Notes: generated by a model from the letters alone, not told the origin. 64,000 nucleotides of DNA from Candidatus Bathyarchaeota archaeon (GCA_963739305.1 CAVTZU010000010.1:1-64000); one strand, 5' to 3'; positions 8,539 through 18,247 are shown, counted from the stretch's first letter. Numbers and translations are program-made.

Positions 8539-8760
8539 ATGATAAACGAAAATACGAAACAAGAAACACAGGGTAAAACGGAGAAAGACACCATCAACCA
8601 AGACAAGAAACAAACACAATCAATAGAATTAGTAAGCCCTAAGGCTGGGACGGCGACATCATCCCCCTACATTGTAGCAGCGTCCCAGACAGATAAAATC
8701 TTTGCGACCACGCGGTACATGCGGAAAGCGCATGCTAAGTGGAAAACTCATCTTCGATGA
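8539..8760 (+). pseudogene. Truncated N-terminal fragment of a second integrase homolog
   Basis: AGTATSSPYIVAASQTDKIFATTRYMRK aligns with the in-frame upstream extension of the 6122 integrase TGTATSSPVDNTASQSDMNIVNTMLWMKK. Confidence 0.6.
8645..8688 (+). repeat. Integrase-associated repeat, copy 2, with inverted arms
   Basis: CTGGGACGGCGACATCATCCCCC...CGTCCCAG; same 44-nt arm-to-arm span as copy 1. Confidence 0.85.
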
Positions 8761-11700
8761 GAATCGTAAGACCCTTTCGACTTTCCTTTTGACGCTCGAT
8801 TCTTTTCTGACATGATCAGCATGATGAGGATGACGATCAATCCGACGCCTAGGGTTAAGGCTATAGACGCAACTGCCCACGTAGGCATCTCTAGACTGTT
8901 CTGCACAGGTACCGTTTGATCGTTGATAGGGGTGTACCAACTGCTCCATCCGCTTGAAAGCCATGTTACGTCAGATGGCCCGACGACGTCGTTTATCGCA
9001 GTCAAATTGTACACGTTGTCTTCAACCTTTGAAATCGTGAATCTCCGGGAGCCCTGTGTGTCGAAGGAGTAGGACTTTTCCCATCTATCGTGCTGAGTCG
9101 ACCACTCCATGGGTTCACTGGAAGTTTGCAATTGCCAACCTTGAGTGCTCTGGTTGAACACATACGTATCTAAGAACAACGTGCCGTTCGGTCCCTTGAG
9201 CAACATGTTGTCGTATTCATAGACCGCTATGAACCAGATTTGTTCGCTGCTTCCAACTGATGCCGTCTGTTGAGACGTCCCCCCTCCGATGATCTTTATT
9301 CTGTCCCATACGCAGGCGACCACGTTGCTCCGGAATTTGGTCAGACCATATTTGCCGTCCATGATGCCTGACGCCGTGAAGTAGTATTTGCCCACTGCAT
9401 CTTTGATCAGTGTGTCGTTGATATAGAGCATGCCTGTGAAAGATGAATTGTCAAACTCGTAGAAGCTGCCATTCCACGTGAGGACAGCTGGAGATCCAAC
9501 GTCAATTCTGTCGTCGGCGACTTTCAGCACTATGTTAACACGATCCCAAATGGTCGTCAAGTTTGAAGCTTTCTGAATGAATGATTTGATGTGATACGTC
9601 TGGCCGTCCTTCACATAGAGAAAATCGACACCGTCGACGCCAAAAGTCTTCTTCACAGGATTCGTTGACGTGAAGTTGAAGTTCGCCCATCCTGTGCTGT
9701 TAACGTCCACTAAGCCTACGTTTGTTACGCTTATCTTCCCAGAAACAGCATCCGTGCAGTTGTGCGCCCATTCAGCGTGGAAGCTGTAGTACTGGGTTAC
9801 GCCCAGGTCGGAGCGTTGTGGCGTCTGCATCGAAGCCAAAGAATCATCGATCGTGATGTCTCTCACCGTGACGCGCACCACTATGAGCCACTGTGGGACC
9901 GATCCATTGGCATTTATCGTGAGCTCGGCCACGTAGAGGTTGGGATCACAACCGCTCATGTTAATGAGCAAGGTGATCACTGTGCTGTTACCCGCACCTA
10001 TCGTGCCATTACTAAGGGTGACCGATTTCAACCAGGCGCCATCTTTGCCGAGACTTGCATTCCACGCCAAAGGTTCTTGTCCGATGTTGAAAAGGGTCAC
10101 GTTGTAACTCGCGGTTTGGCCTCTGTACATGACGCCCATGTCGACGTCGCTTGGGTTGAGGGTTGCCGTACCGTTGCTGACGGACAACTGTGGAAGTCTG
10201 TTGACGAAGCTGCTGCTGTTCTTGACTGCCCAGTTGTTAGCTTTGTCAACCGCTGAGACGTTGAAGAAGAGCGTTGCGTTTCCAGGCTGAGCAGGCATCA
10301 AGGCGGTGTAGTTGTCGTCTGTAATCTTTGTCATGTCCGCTTTCCACACGGTACCGTTGAACAAGTAGGAGAGGACGACCTCGTTCACGCCGCTAGCATT
10401 TGCTGGTTCAGTTACCACTGCCCAAACTAGGATAGTCTGGTTGTTGTCTGGCGGCGAAGGAGCTGACCCCGTTTGTCCGATGGACGGCGGTTTCTTGTCG
10501 CCCACGCTGTAGGGTCCAGCTAGCGGATACTTGGTCGAGTTCAGTTCCACCGCGAATTCAGCGTGCACGCTGACGGTGAAGCTCACCAGCGTGCCGTATG
10601 GCTTCGACGGTATTGTTCCGTTCAGCGTGTCATCCGCGACTGTCATGGTGATGTTCTGATGCTGAGAATCGTAGTCTACCAGGAGGAAAGCCGCTGCGAT
10701 TTTCACTGACCTCAGTACCTTGGCGGTCACTGTCACGTTGGTGTCGTATTCGATGTTGGACACGTTTCCAGGGTTCTGCACAACGCTTTGTATCAAAAAC
10801 AATGGATACCTGTCCCGTGTTTGTGAAGACAAGTTGTACGGTTTGTCGCAGATTCCGTCTGGCAACGCGAGGCCACAAGGAGTACCTTCATTCTGATTGA
10901 CGCCAGAATACACGTCGATGCTGCTGAAGTCGCTCCAATAATTGCCTCCGCCCGTCTTGCTGGTAAGGTTGTAAGGATAACCGTCGTCCCAGGCGTTGGC
11001 ACCTTCGTCGACGGCTTGAGGCCCGTTGCCGTTGTTGATGAACCTGTTCTGATAGACTTTGTCGTCCGAGGTGGCCAAGTGACAGTAGAGTCCCAGTCCA
11101 TTATTTCTTATAGTGTTGTTTCTTACTAGATTGTTTTCACCCGAGGCTACGTTGATGCCGTACTCGAGGCTTGAGCCCACGTAATTATCTTCAATTATAG
11201 AATTGCTACCGTCAAGGAAAATGCCGTCTTGATCGTTCGAGGTGATGGTGTTGTTTGTCACCACGTTGTTCGAACCGGAAATGCGCACTCCGTCCTTGAG
11301 GTTTGCTTGGATGACGTTGCCCGTAACGGTGTTTCCCGAACCGTACACGGTGATTCCGTCTCCGAGCCCGTTGGTCACGTTGTTGTTTGCTACAACGCTG
11401 TTCGCGGCTAGAACGTGAATTCCCGCCCCGTACTGCGTGGAACTGATGGTGAGACTGTAGATCTGAGCCCTGTCAGATGTCACCGTGACTCCGTCTGAAT
11501 AGCTTCCAGAAGCTAGAAAATCAAGGTTTATGACCGTGGTCTGCACGTCTTCTCCGACGAGCCAGATGTTCTTCCAGATTGTGATCTGCTCGAAGTAGGT
11601 TCTCTGTTTGGAGACAAACACAACGTCGCCTGGATTTGCTGCGTTGATTCCTTCTTGTATCGTTGCAAAGTCTCTTGGAATGACTATGCCTTGTCTCACT

Positions 11701-12413
11701 TCGAGGTCATCCAAGTAAACCGTGGGCAAAATCGTTGATCCTGACGTCTCGTTGAGTAATATTCTTTTGATCTGACTGGTTTGTCCAGTGAAAGGCGCGC
11801 CTGTCTCTTCCAAGTGGTCGTCTATATGTATGTCGTAAGTGTTTTGGGGAATATTCATTATCATCTTGATTACATACCATCGATTAGGAATGAATGGACT
11901 CCGCAAAGTAACGAAAGAGTTGGCCTGTCCACGATACCCGATCTCACCGTTCGCAACCATTATGTCCGAACCCTTGAAGTTGCCATCATCAACGTACACA
12001 TCGAAAACCGCGTTGCCGCTGACTGAATCGTTAAGCATTATCGAAAATGAGACTACAAGAGTGCCATTCTGCGGCGTAAAACTCACGTAGGGCCGAGGAG
12101 AATCCGATGTTGCATTGCCTACCAGTTTTGCAGATTTCCCTCCGGCGCCATGAAACGTAGTGTTGTCAATCACAAAACTGCCCGCGCTCGGATTGCTCAC
12201 GGTCCAGTTTTGCGGGACTGCGCCGGTTGTTTCATTGTCGAAGGCTTGAAAGAGAACTGTCCGGTTCGAAGGGGAATTCGGTGAGACTTTTGCAGTTGTC
12301 GCCGAAATCACGCTGGAGGTTGCTGCGGAGACTGTTCCAATAGCGGAGTCGGCTGATACCAACATCAAAGCAACTAGAAAACTAATGAGCAATGTTTTGA
12401 GGCGTGATTTCAA
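8748..12413 (-). CDS. Large cell-surface protein: signal peptide, lectin-like N-domain, parallel beta-helix (NosD/CASH-like) repeats, Ig-like domains, C-terminal TM anchor
   Basis: IPRDFATIQEGINAA, repeated GIxxxGSNNxxxNN, GGGNYWSD, C-terminal hydrophobic helix plus basic tail. Confidence 0.85.
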   Translation of the reverse strand: MKSRLKTLLISFLVALMLVSADSAIGTVSAATSSVISATTAKVSPNSPSNRTVLFQAFDNETTGAVPQNWTVSNPSAGSFVIDNTTFHGAGGKSAKLVGNATSDSPRPYVSFTPQNGTLVVSFSIMLNDSVSGNAVFDVYVDDGNFKGSDIMVANGEIGYRGQANSFVTLRSPFIPNRWYVIKMIMNIPQNTYDIHIDDHLEETGAPFTGQTSQIKRILLNETSGSTILPTVYLDDLEVRQGIVIPRDFATIQEGINAANPGDVVFVSKQRTYFEQITIWKNIWLVGEDVQTTVINLDFLASGSYSDGVTVTSDRAQIYSLTISSTQYGAGIHVLAANSVVANNNVTNGLGDGITVYGSGNTVTGNVIQANLKDGVRISGSNNVVTNNTITSNDQDGIFLDGSNSIIEDNYVGSSLEYGINVASGENNLVRNNTIRNNGLGLYCHLATSDDKVYQNRFINNGNGPQAVDEGANAWDDGYPYNLTSKTGGGNYWSDFSSIDVYSGVNQNEGTPCGLALPDGICDKPYNLSSQTRDRYPLFLIQSVVQNPGNVSNIEYDTNVTVTAKVLRSVKIAAAFLLVDYDSQHQNITMTVADDTLNGTIPSKPYGTLVSFTVSVHAEFAVELNSTKYPLAGPYSVGDKKPPSIGQTGSAPSPPDNNQTILVWAVVTEPANASGVNEVVLSYLFNGTVWKADMTKITDDNYTALMPAQPGNATLFFNVSAVDKANNWAVKNSSSFVNRLPQLSVSNGTATLNPSDVDMGVMYRGQTASYNVTLFNIGQEPLAWNASLGKDGAWLKSVTLSNGTIGAGNSTVITLLINMSGCDPNLYVAELTINANGSVPQWLIVVRVTVRDITIDDSLASMQTPQRSDLGVTQYYSFHAEWAHNCTDAVSGKISVTNVGLVDVNSTGWANFNFTSTNPVKKTFGVDGVDFLYVKDGQTYHIKSFIQKASNLTTIWDRVNIVLKVADDRIDVGSPAVLTWNGSFYEFDNSSFTGMLYINDTLIKDAVGKYYFTASGIMDGKYGLTKFRSNVVACVWDRIKIIGGGTSQQTASVGSSEQIWFIAVYEYDNMLLKGPNGTLFLDTYVFNQSTQGWQLQTSSEPMEWSTQHDRWEKSYSFDTQGSRRFTISKVEDNVYNLTAINDVVGPSDVTWLSSGWSSWYTPINDQTVPVQNSLEMPTWAVASIALTLGVGLIVILIMLIMSEKNRASKGKSKGSYDSHRR

Positions 12414-12639
12414 AACCTATTTTCCTCTATTACCATTCATATTCTATGGTATGTTAAGTTAAGACTTGCGAAATCTTCTTCTAGAAGTATATTCCACTTC
12501 GGAGGCTCGCTTGGGCAGCAAACAATGGAAATTCGCTTCTGGGTGTTTTCTTTGCTTCTTCACCGCAGTGTCTTTGGGGAATGTCAGTTGGGTAGGCGGT
12601 AATTACCGTAGTTTCATACTCAGTTCAAGTCGCGCGCGC

Positions 12640-12662
12640 GACTGGGACGGCAACATCATCCC
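12640..12662 (+). repeat. Integrase-associated repeat, copy 3, overlapping the 16-bp palindrome AGTCGCGCGCGCGACT (12628-12643)
   Basis: GACTGGGACGGCAACATCATCCC, 22/23 identical to copy 1. Confidence 0.85.
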
Positions 12663-12740
12663 ACAAACAAGAGCAACTTCGCCAACTCTAATATTTCGCG
12701 ATGAACCGAACATGGTCTTGACCCGAAACTGTACGAATCC

Positions 12741-13055
12741 TCACGTGTTTTTTCGAAGTCCCTTAATTGTTCCAGATATTCTCAAAACATGAACGGCAAC
12801 CGATTTGCCGCCAATTTTCGTCATCGATGCTAATGCTGTTCGAACCATTTCGAGATTCGTGTGTCCAGCACGCAACACTGCAGATTTCTTTTCACTATCA
12901 AAGCTGATTAAGCTCATACTTACGATGCTGCATCCATGCTCACCATATAGCTTTGCAACGCTGTCCCAGACTGCATCGACAAATTCGTTCGCAGAACACA
13001 TCTCGGCGGAATCAATCGTCAAAGCCAAATAGCGACGCTTCACTTTTTTCAGCAA
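12741..13055 (-). CDS. rnp2: RNase P protein component 2 (Pop5/Rpp14)
   Basis: KRRYLAL...LYGEHG...RISGTIKGL; follows Rpp30; likely TTG start at 13055. Confidence 0.9.
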   Translation of the reverse strand: MLKKVKRRYLALTIDSAEMCSANEFVDAVWDSVAKLYGEHGCSIVSMSLISFDSEKKSAVLRAGHTNLEMVRTALASMTKIGGKSVAVHVLRISGTIKGLRKNT

Positions 13056-13783
13056 TCCTTGCCTCTCCGAATGACCCTTATTCCCGGAGCAACAAATCTC
13101 CAATCCAACTTTCCCCGGTTTCTCGTCACCAACGCGGCGGAGTTCTTGGAAACCGCATCAATCCCAGCCGAGTCACACAACCCCGCCAAAGAGCCCAGAC
13201 ACGCCAGTTCCAACGGTTTCCGCATCAAAAGCTCTTCGGACACTCCGCTTGATGCAACTATTGGAACGTGAAAATCGGTGGCAGTCTCAACTTCTCTCTT
13301 AAGCATCGATAATAGCCTTATTCTAGGCGTTTTCTCCAGAACCAGAAGGGGTTTAAGGTCGATTTCAAGAGATGCCATGCAGTTTGATGCTAACTCGGCT
13401 TCGGCCGCGTCAAAAAACGCCTTCCGAAAATCTGGCTGCGGAAAGTTGAGAAGGTCAACGCGACGATCTTTGGCCGCTTGCCTGGCAACAGCCTTGGAAA
13501 AGCACATCACGGCAACAAGCTCGAAACCGCGCCTAACCTTCCTCAATTCTTTCAATAACTCCTCAGGAGTTCGAGGAACAAGATCTACGCGGGCCGCAAA
13601 GTCCAAGCCGACTTCCGTGCAGATTTCCCTTATCCGCTTGACCTGTTGCTCACTAGTCCGCAATGGAAAAGGCGTCGCAATCAACCCATATCCAAGCGCC
13701 GAAGCCTTCTTGACCAAACGAGTGAACTTCGAAACGTCATCAGTATCTGCACATAGGTGCAAGTCGGCATAAGTTCTTCTCAT
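13049..13783 (-). CDS. rnp3: RNase P protein component 3 (Rpp30)
   Basis: YADLHL, RQAAKDRRVDLL, ASSG...MRKPLEL; ATGA overlap with the upstream gene. Confidence 0.92.
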   Translation of the reverse strand: MRRTYADLHLCADTDDVSKFTRLVKKASALGYGLIATPFPLRTSEQQVKRIREICTEVGLDFAARVDLVPRTPEELLKELRKVRRGFELVAVMCFSKAVARQAAKDRRVDLLNFPQPDFRKAFFDAAEAELASNCMASLEIDLKPLLVLEKTPRIRLLSMLKREVETATDFHVPIVASSGVSEELLMRKPLELACLGSLAGLCDSAGIDAVSKNSAALVTRNRGKLDWRFVAPGIRVIRRGKDC

Positions 13784-14226
13784 GGCAGCAACCCAAATTC
13801 CCTGCAAACACCCACAACTTCATCGGTTCCGTGCTTCTTAAAGTGCACTCGCACATGAATAGGATCAATTGAACCGAGCTTGAGTTCATTGAGATAGGCA
13901 GACTGCTTGTCCAATCGAACGTAAAGATTTCCTTTTTCCACGTGCTCCGTTATCTCGTCAGCCAAGGATTCTTTATCCATAAAGCTCAGGCTCGTGCACA
14001 ACTTTGCGAACACACTCTGAACCAACTTCTTGTCCTTGATCCTTGCCTCAAAAAGAACTATAGGATTGCCATGATGACCCGTTAAATTCGTCTTTTCGAA
14101 AGACACGTTGTCAACGGTTTCATTCGGCAGCACGTTTCGCGCAGCGATCAATACCTTGTCTGGATCCTCCGTTGCATGAGCAAAAACCCTAAGGTCAATG
14201 TAGCCAACTGGAGCCTTGGAAGACAA
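13780..14226 (-). CDS. RNA-binding protein (DUF54/PF01877-type)
   Basis: FAHATEDPDKV, GHHGNPI, YVRLDKQ; likely TTG start at 14226. Confidence 0.88.
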   Translation of the reverse strand: MSSKAPVGYIDLRVFAHATEDPDKVLIAARNVLPNETVDNVSFEKTNLTGHHGNPIVLFEARIKDKKLVQSVFAKLCTSLSFMDKESLADEITEHVEKGNLYVRLDKQSAYLNELKLGSIDPIHVRVHFKKHGTDEVVGVCREFGLLP

Positions 14227-14257
14227 GACCGCATCGCCAAACGTCATTAATGCGGCC

Positions 14258-14500
14258 TTAACCTTTAGACTTTCGCTTCGGTTGCCTTGCCTTGGCTGCC
14301 GCCTTTTTTTCTTCAAGAATGGGCCTAAGTGTCTCGACGTTTTTATCGTGGGCAGTTTTCCTGCGAGGATCAACAGGGATGTGGTACTTCACAGCCTCGG
14401 TTAAGCTCGACCCTGCTTTCTTCAACTCTTCAGGACTGAAGCCCTTGCCCTCAACCTCTTTCCCGTCACTCCTCAGAACCCTGGGCCTCATGGTTCCCAT
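14258..14500 (-). CDS. rpl13e: 50S ribosomal protein L13e (short archaeal form)
   Basis: GKGFSPEELKKAG, IPVDPRRKTAH..NV..L. Confidence 0.92.
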   Translation of the reverse strand: MGTMRPRVLRSDGKEVEGKGFSPEELKKAGSSLTEAVKYHIPVDPRRKTAHDKNVETLRPILEEKKAAAKARQPKRKSKG

Positions 14501-14504
14501 ACGA

Positions 14505-15083
14505 TTACGCCGCTCCTCTGCGAGCTTTTAGGCTTGGTCTGACCTTTTCTGCGCCCCGTCCTCTCGTCCGTAAAGCCCTAACCTTCTTTCCGGCGCTGGT
14601 CATGCTTCTGAAGACTCGACGATGATGCTGCTTTTCGCAGATCCAATTCATGTTCTTATCTGCCTTTATCGAAGGATGCTGAGGGTCGACGAGTATGACT
14701 TCGTACCATTTGGAACTGCCGTCTTCCCCAACCCAGTAAGAGTTCAAAACTTCGAGGTTCGGAAACTTTCGAGCAACCCGTTCCTCACCGATCAACCTGA
14801 TGCTCTTGGCCGGCTTGAATTTCTTCACTCCCATGCGTTTCTGACGTCTTCCAGCCCTGGGCCTAACTTTTCGCATGCCGCTTCTTCTAACGCGCACTCG
14901 CGCCATAACGATGCCTTGCTTCGCCTTATAACCCAGCTTCCTTGCTCTGTCTAAGCGCGTAGGCTTGTCTATCCGGATTATGACTGAATCCTGGCGCCAC
15001 CCAACCATTCTCTGACGGTTGATTTCCTTAACGAAGGATTTCTCCGGCTTCGCCCATGCCTCCGCGATGTATTTATACGCCAT
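14505..15083 (-). CDS. rpl15e: 50S ribosomal protein L15e
   Basis: [41 protein letters not shown]. Confidence 0.98.
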   Translation of the reverse strand: MAYKYIAEAWAKPEKSFVKEINRQRMVGWRQDSVIIRIDKPTRLDRARKLGYKAKQGIVMARVRVRRSGMRKVRPRAGRRQKRMGVKKFKPAKSIRLIGEERVARKFPNLEVLNSYWVGEDGSSKWYEVILVDPQHPSIKADKNMNWICEKQHHRRVFRSMTSAGKKVRALRTRGRGAEKVRPSLKARRGAA

Positions 15084-15165
15084 TCAATTCACCTTGGTCA
15101 TTAGTTTACGGTTCAGCCTATTCGGCTACATCCCTGCGGACTTCATCCGCCATTAGCTTTGAACT
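15084..15165 (-). promoter_or_regulatory. Structured 5' leader of rpl15e (candidate eL15 autoregulatory leader)
   Basis: Minus strand GCGGA-TGAAG-TCCGC hairpin, then GG-GATGTAGCC-GAATA-GGCTGAA-CC with an asymmetric internal loop. Confidence 0.6.
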
Positions 15166-15201
15166 GTAGCAACGAGCGCCAAAATAAACCTTTCCAGACA
15201 T

Positions 15202-15882
15202 TCACTTGCTTTCAAGCTCCGCTTTCGACACAAGGAAGTACCCGCTTTGCCCCTTCCACACCTTCTCACCTGTCACGATTCTTATCCTCTTTTTGAAGAA
15301 GGATGCGTCAAGAACGAGCGTTTCATACTCGCCACCCTCGCCAACGAGTGAAACTCCATAGAGTCTATTCAACCTGACCAGATCGCTAATGGCGTCAGCA
15401 TCTATTCTCCTGCCGAGCCATTTGTCGCTGAAACCGTGAGCATAAACTCCGATGACTATGGCGTTGAATTTCAACGTTGACATCTCATCAAGAATTTCAA
15501 GTGGGTCTCTGTGCCAAAGAGGAGTTATGGACTTCATGTTCAACTGCATGCAGATGTCCTCAATCTTCGTTTTCTGGTAGTTCGAAGCTATCGCCCCTGA
15601 GACTATCCCGTCAACTTCCAGGCTCTCTATGAAATGTCTAAGGTCGTCAACCTCTTCTTCCTTGATGCCGGACGTTTCGGCCTTGACCACCGGAATGCCC
15701 ACGGCTTCCGAGAAAAGATCAACCAACCGTATGTTGGGATAATGGAACATCCAACTGTCTTCTCTCAAGGGAATCATGGTAGCCAAACAGACTATCTCAT
15801 GCCCATCCTTCAATGCGTGATATAGAGCCAGAGCAGAATCCTTTCCACCTGTGGCAAGAACGGCGACGCGCGTCACAGACAC
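15202..15882 (-). CDS. Diphthine--ammonia ligase / PP-loop ATPase (Dph6-like)
   Basis: TGGKDS, SWMFH, GAIASNYQK, PLW, GEGGEYETLVLD. Confidence 0.92.
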   Translation of the reverse strand: MSVTRVAVLATGGKDSALALYHALKDGHEIVCLATMIPLREDSWMFHYPNIRLVDLFSEAVGIPVVKAETSGIKEEEVDDLRHFIESLEVDGIVSGAIASNYQKTKIEDICMQLNMKSITPLWHRDPLEILDEMSTLKFNAIVIGVYAHGFSDKWLGRRIDADAISDLVRLNRLYGVSLVGEGGEYETLVLDASFFKKRIRIVTGEKVWKGQSGYFLVSKAELESK

Positions 15883-15927
15883 CTCAGAGTGCCTTCAGAA
15901 TCCGAAGAGCTGAAGGAATACGGCAGG

Positions 15928-17304
15928 TCAATGCATGACCTTGGAGGAAGCTTCTTCGAACAGAGCGACTGTCTGCAGACGCCACTTTTCAAAGTCAGTA
16001 GACTTCTTTGGATATCGATTGTAGTGTTCTCTAACGCGGTTCATGTACTTCACGGTCAGACGCAGTTGATTAAGGAAGCCTATTCGCTTCAATCCTCTGA
16101 AGACTCTCTTGCTCGTTTCCGTGATGTTCAAATGAAAATCATCACCTAGACCAGCTTTCAGAACATCATTCTCTGTCAAGAGATGATATCGCATTCCGTA
16201 ATTCAAGTCTTCATCTCGGGATTTGAGAAGCAACATTCGGAAAACGTCAAGCCTGGCTTGCTTTCCACCATAAGTCTCGTTGTACCTGCAACCGTAAGGC
16301 CAAAGCGATGCTTCGCTGAAGTCTCCCTTCTCGACGGCCTCAACGATTGTCTTAGCGGCGAATTGTCCACTCAGCATTGAAGGACCTATTCCGCCGCCAT
16401 GGAGGGGGTTTACGAGGCAGGCTGCGTCGCCTGCAACGATGACGCCGTTTCCGACCATCTTGTCCAAAGGTCTTCGAGTCGGATCGTACCATGCACCTGC
16501 TGTTAGCAGGAGGGAGCCGTCGAAGCGCGGTTTGGTGAGGATATGCTTGTAGAACTGATTTTTCGGGTTTGGAAAATTGTCTCGCATGCAAATTCCCAGT
16601 CCTGCGTTCACTTTGGCTCCACTTTTCGGGAAAATCCATGCATAGCCGCCTGGCGTGGCTTTTTGGTTGAGGTAGATTTCGCAGTAGCTCGTGTCTTCAC
16701 CTTCCTGTCTGAGTTGGCGAATTTCGCGATAACACGCTTCGACGTCATGGTTTGCAATTTCATTCTCAATACCCATCGTGCTCGGCAAATTCTTCCTGAC
16801 GACCCCGACGAAACCGCTCGCGTCAACTGTAACCTTTCCCTGAAACTCTATTTTTTTGCCTGTTTTCAAGTTCTTTGCCGTAACACCAGCCACGAAGCCG
16901 TTCTCAATAATGGGTTTAAGACAGTGCGTTGAATCCAGAAGCTCTGCGCCTTCGTCAACGGCTTTTCTGAGCAACCATTGTCCGAAGAGATGCCTGTTCA
17001 ACAGGTAACCTACGAAATCCTCGTGTTCCACAGTGAAAACCGTGTCCGTGTCGGGAGAAAAAATCTTGATGCCTTCTATTCGTTTTTCAAGTTCGCCGCT
17101 TTGCGGCTTTTCCAGGCCTAGAGTTTTCAGGTGATGCTCTCCGAGCGCATCACCGCAGACTTTTTCTCCTATGTCCTCTGACTTCTTCCTTTCTATTACG
17201 CCGACTCTCAAACCTGCTTCTGCAACCCTCATCGCCGCTAAACATCCTGCTGTTCCGGCGCCCACTACGACCACGTCAAACTTCAAAGAGACATTCTCCT
17301 TCAC
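15928..17304 (-). CDS. Digeranylgeranylglycerophospholipid (geranylgeranyl) reductase
   Basis: DVVVVGAGTAG, KVCGDA, PGGYAWIFPK, GDAA..VNPLHGGGI. Confidence 0.92.
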   Translation of the reverse strand: MKENVSLKFDVVVVGAGTAGCLAAMRVAEAGLRVGVIERKKSEDIGEKVCGDALGEHHLKTLGLEKPQSGELEKRIEGIKIFSPDTDTVFTVEHEDFVGYLLNRHLFGQWLLRKAVDEGAELLDSTHCLKPIIENGFVAGVTAKNLKTGKKIEFQGKVTVDASGFVGVVRKNLPSTMGIENEIANHDVEACYREIRQLRQEGEDTSYCEIYLNQKATPGGYAWIFPKSGAKVNAGLGICMRDNFPNPKNQFYKHILTKPRFDGSLLLTAGAWYDPTRRPLDKMVGNGVIVAGDAACLVNPLHGGGIGPSMLSGQFAAKTIVEAVEKGDFSEASLWPYGCRYNETYGGKQARLDVFRMLLLKSRDEDLNYGMRYHLLTENDVLKAGLGDDFHLNITETSKRVFRGLKRIGFLNQLRLTVKYMNRVREHYNRYPKKSTDFEKWRLQTVALFEEASSKVMH

Positions 17305-17611
17305 AGGGATCGTGCGTTTTGTTATATTTCGTCGCGGTCAACGCATATAAATTGTGAGTAAGTCTGTTCACACTAGGTGTAAGCTGCTCCATGATCTATT
17401 GGGGTGAAAAAACATCATTAATGTTTCTTTAGAATAATTGAAAACTCGATCGATAGGCGCTTATGTCGATTTGCGACCCGTTCGCGAAAATCTTTTCAAT
17501 TAAACTGTTCACTTATCTTAAATATTGATCACTGATTCATAATGGTTAATTATATTCTGAGCCAACGAAGGAAAACAACAATGATTCGTTGAATAAGGAT
17601 GTGTAAAGAAA

Positions 17612-17860
17612 ATGATGAAAAAAACAGAAGCCAAAAAGGCCATGGCATACGTCATCGATTTAACGCAGATTGAGGGTGACGGAGCTTTTTCCTGTCCCAA
17701 ATGCGGAACGGTCATTTCCCCCGATGATGAATCAAACAGCAACTACGAGATCGTGAACACTAAAGTGAAGAATGATCAACTCGCAGAACTGCTTGTCATG
17801 TGCAAGAAGTGCCAGACCACGATTAAACTAACTGGATTCATGCCTCAACCTGAAGCTTAG
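17612..17860 (+). CDS. Small zinc-ribbon protein
   Basis: IDLTQIEGDGAFSCPKCG..ISPDD...CKKC; start may be the ATG at 17642. Confidence 0.8.
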   Translation: MMKKTEAKKAMAYVIDLTQIEGDGAFSCPKCGTVISPDDESNSNYEIVNTKVKNDQLAELLVMCKKCQTTIKLTGFMPQPEA

Positions 17861-17881
17861 AAACGGTTTTTGACAAGCAAC

Positions 17882-18106
17882 CTACTTTTCTCGTTCAAGC
17901 CTTCTGCTTATCGACACGAAAACAACCCACAACGCGACGCTATAGAGAACTCCGTTGAAAAACGCGCTTACGTACGTGGTGTACTTGACTGCAGTTCCGC
18001 CCATCAATGCACACAGTATGTTTCCGGGGAACATTGGTGATGGTATCAACAGGGAGGCACCTGTGAACAAGACGAAAAAGACTAACAGGATTATTGTTCC
18101 CTTCAT
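17882..18106 (-). CDS. Small two-TM membrane protein
   Basis: Two hydrophobic helices around PSPMFPG. Confidence 0.7.
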   Translation of the reverse strand: MKGTIILLVFFVLFTGASLLIPSPMFPGNILCALMGGTAVKYTTYVSAFFNGVLYSVALWVVFVSISRRLEREK

Positions 18107-18235
18107 TATATTAGCCTCTTAGCTGCACTGGCTTGTTTTCATTGGTTCTCGTCGCACAAGTGTCTAGCATCGCAAGATTTAATAAACGTTCTTGTACGGC
18201 TGTCCAACCCAAATACACTTGGCAACCCGAGGTTC

Positions 18236-18247
18236 TAGCGCGCGCTA
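18236..18247. repeat. Perfect palindrome TAGCGCGCGCTA, copy A
   Basis: Identical copy at 18651-18662. Confidence 0.85.

Noticed and set aside
6070-12662. The three 23-bp repeats as a CRISPR array
   Set aside because: Spacing is 2.6 and 4.0 kb rather than 30-45 bp, and there are no cas genes.
12620-12662. C/D box sRNA on the minus strand (ATGATG...CTGA)
   Set aside because: Box C is imperfect, there is no credible C'/D', and the interior is the CG palindrome.
5100-12740. tRNA-Val 3' end as the integrase attachment site
   Set aside because: No downstream duplicate of the tRNA-Val 3' half was found in the window.
12466-12792. 108-aa + strand ORF
   Set aside because: Crosses the palindrome and repeat and overlaps Pop5 antisense; no protein features.
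17305-17611. AT-rich intergenic region as a replication origin
   Set aside because: No ORB repeats and no adjacent orc1/cdc6; explained by divergent promoters.
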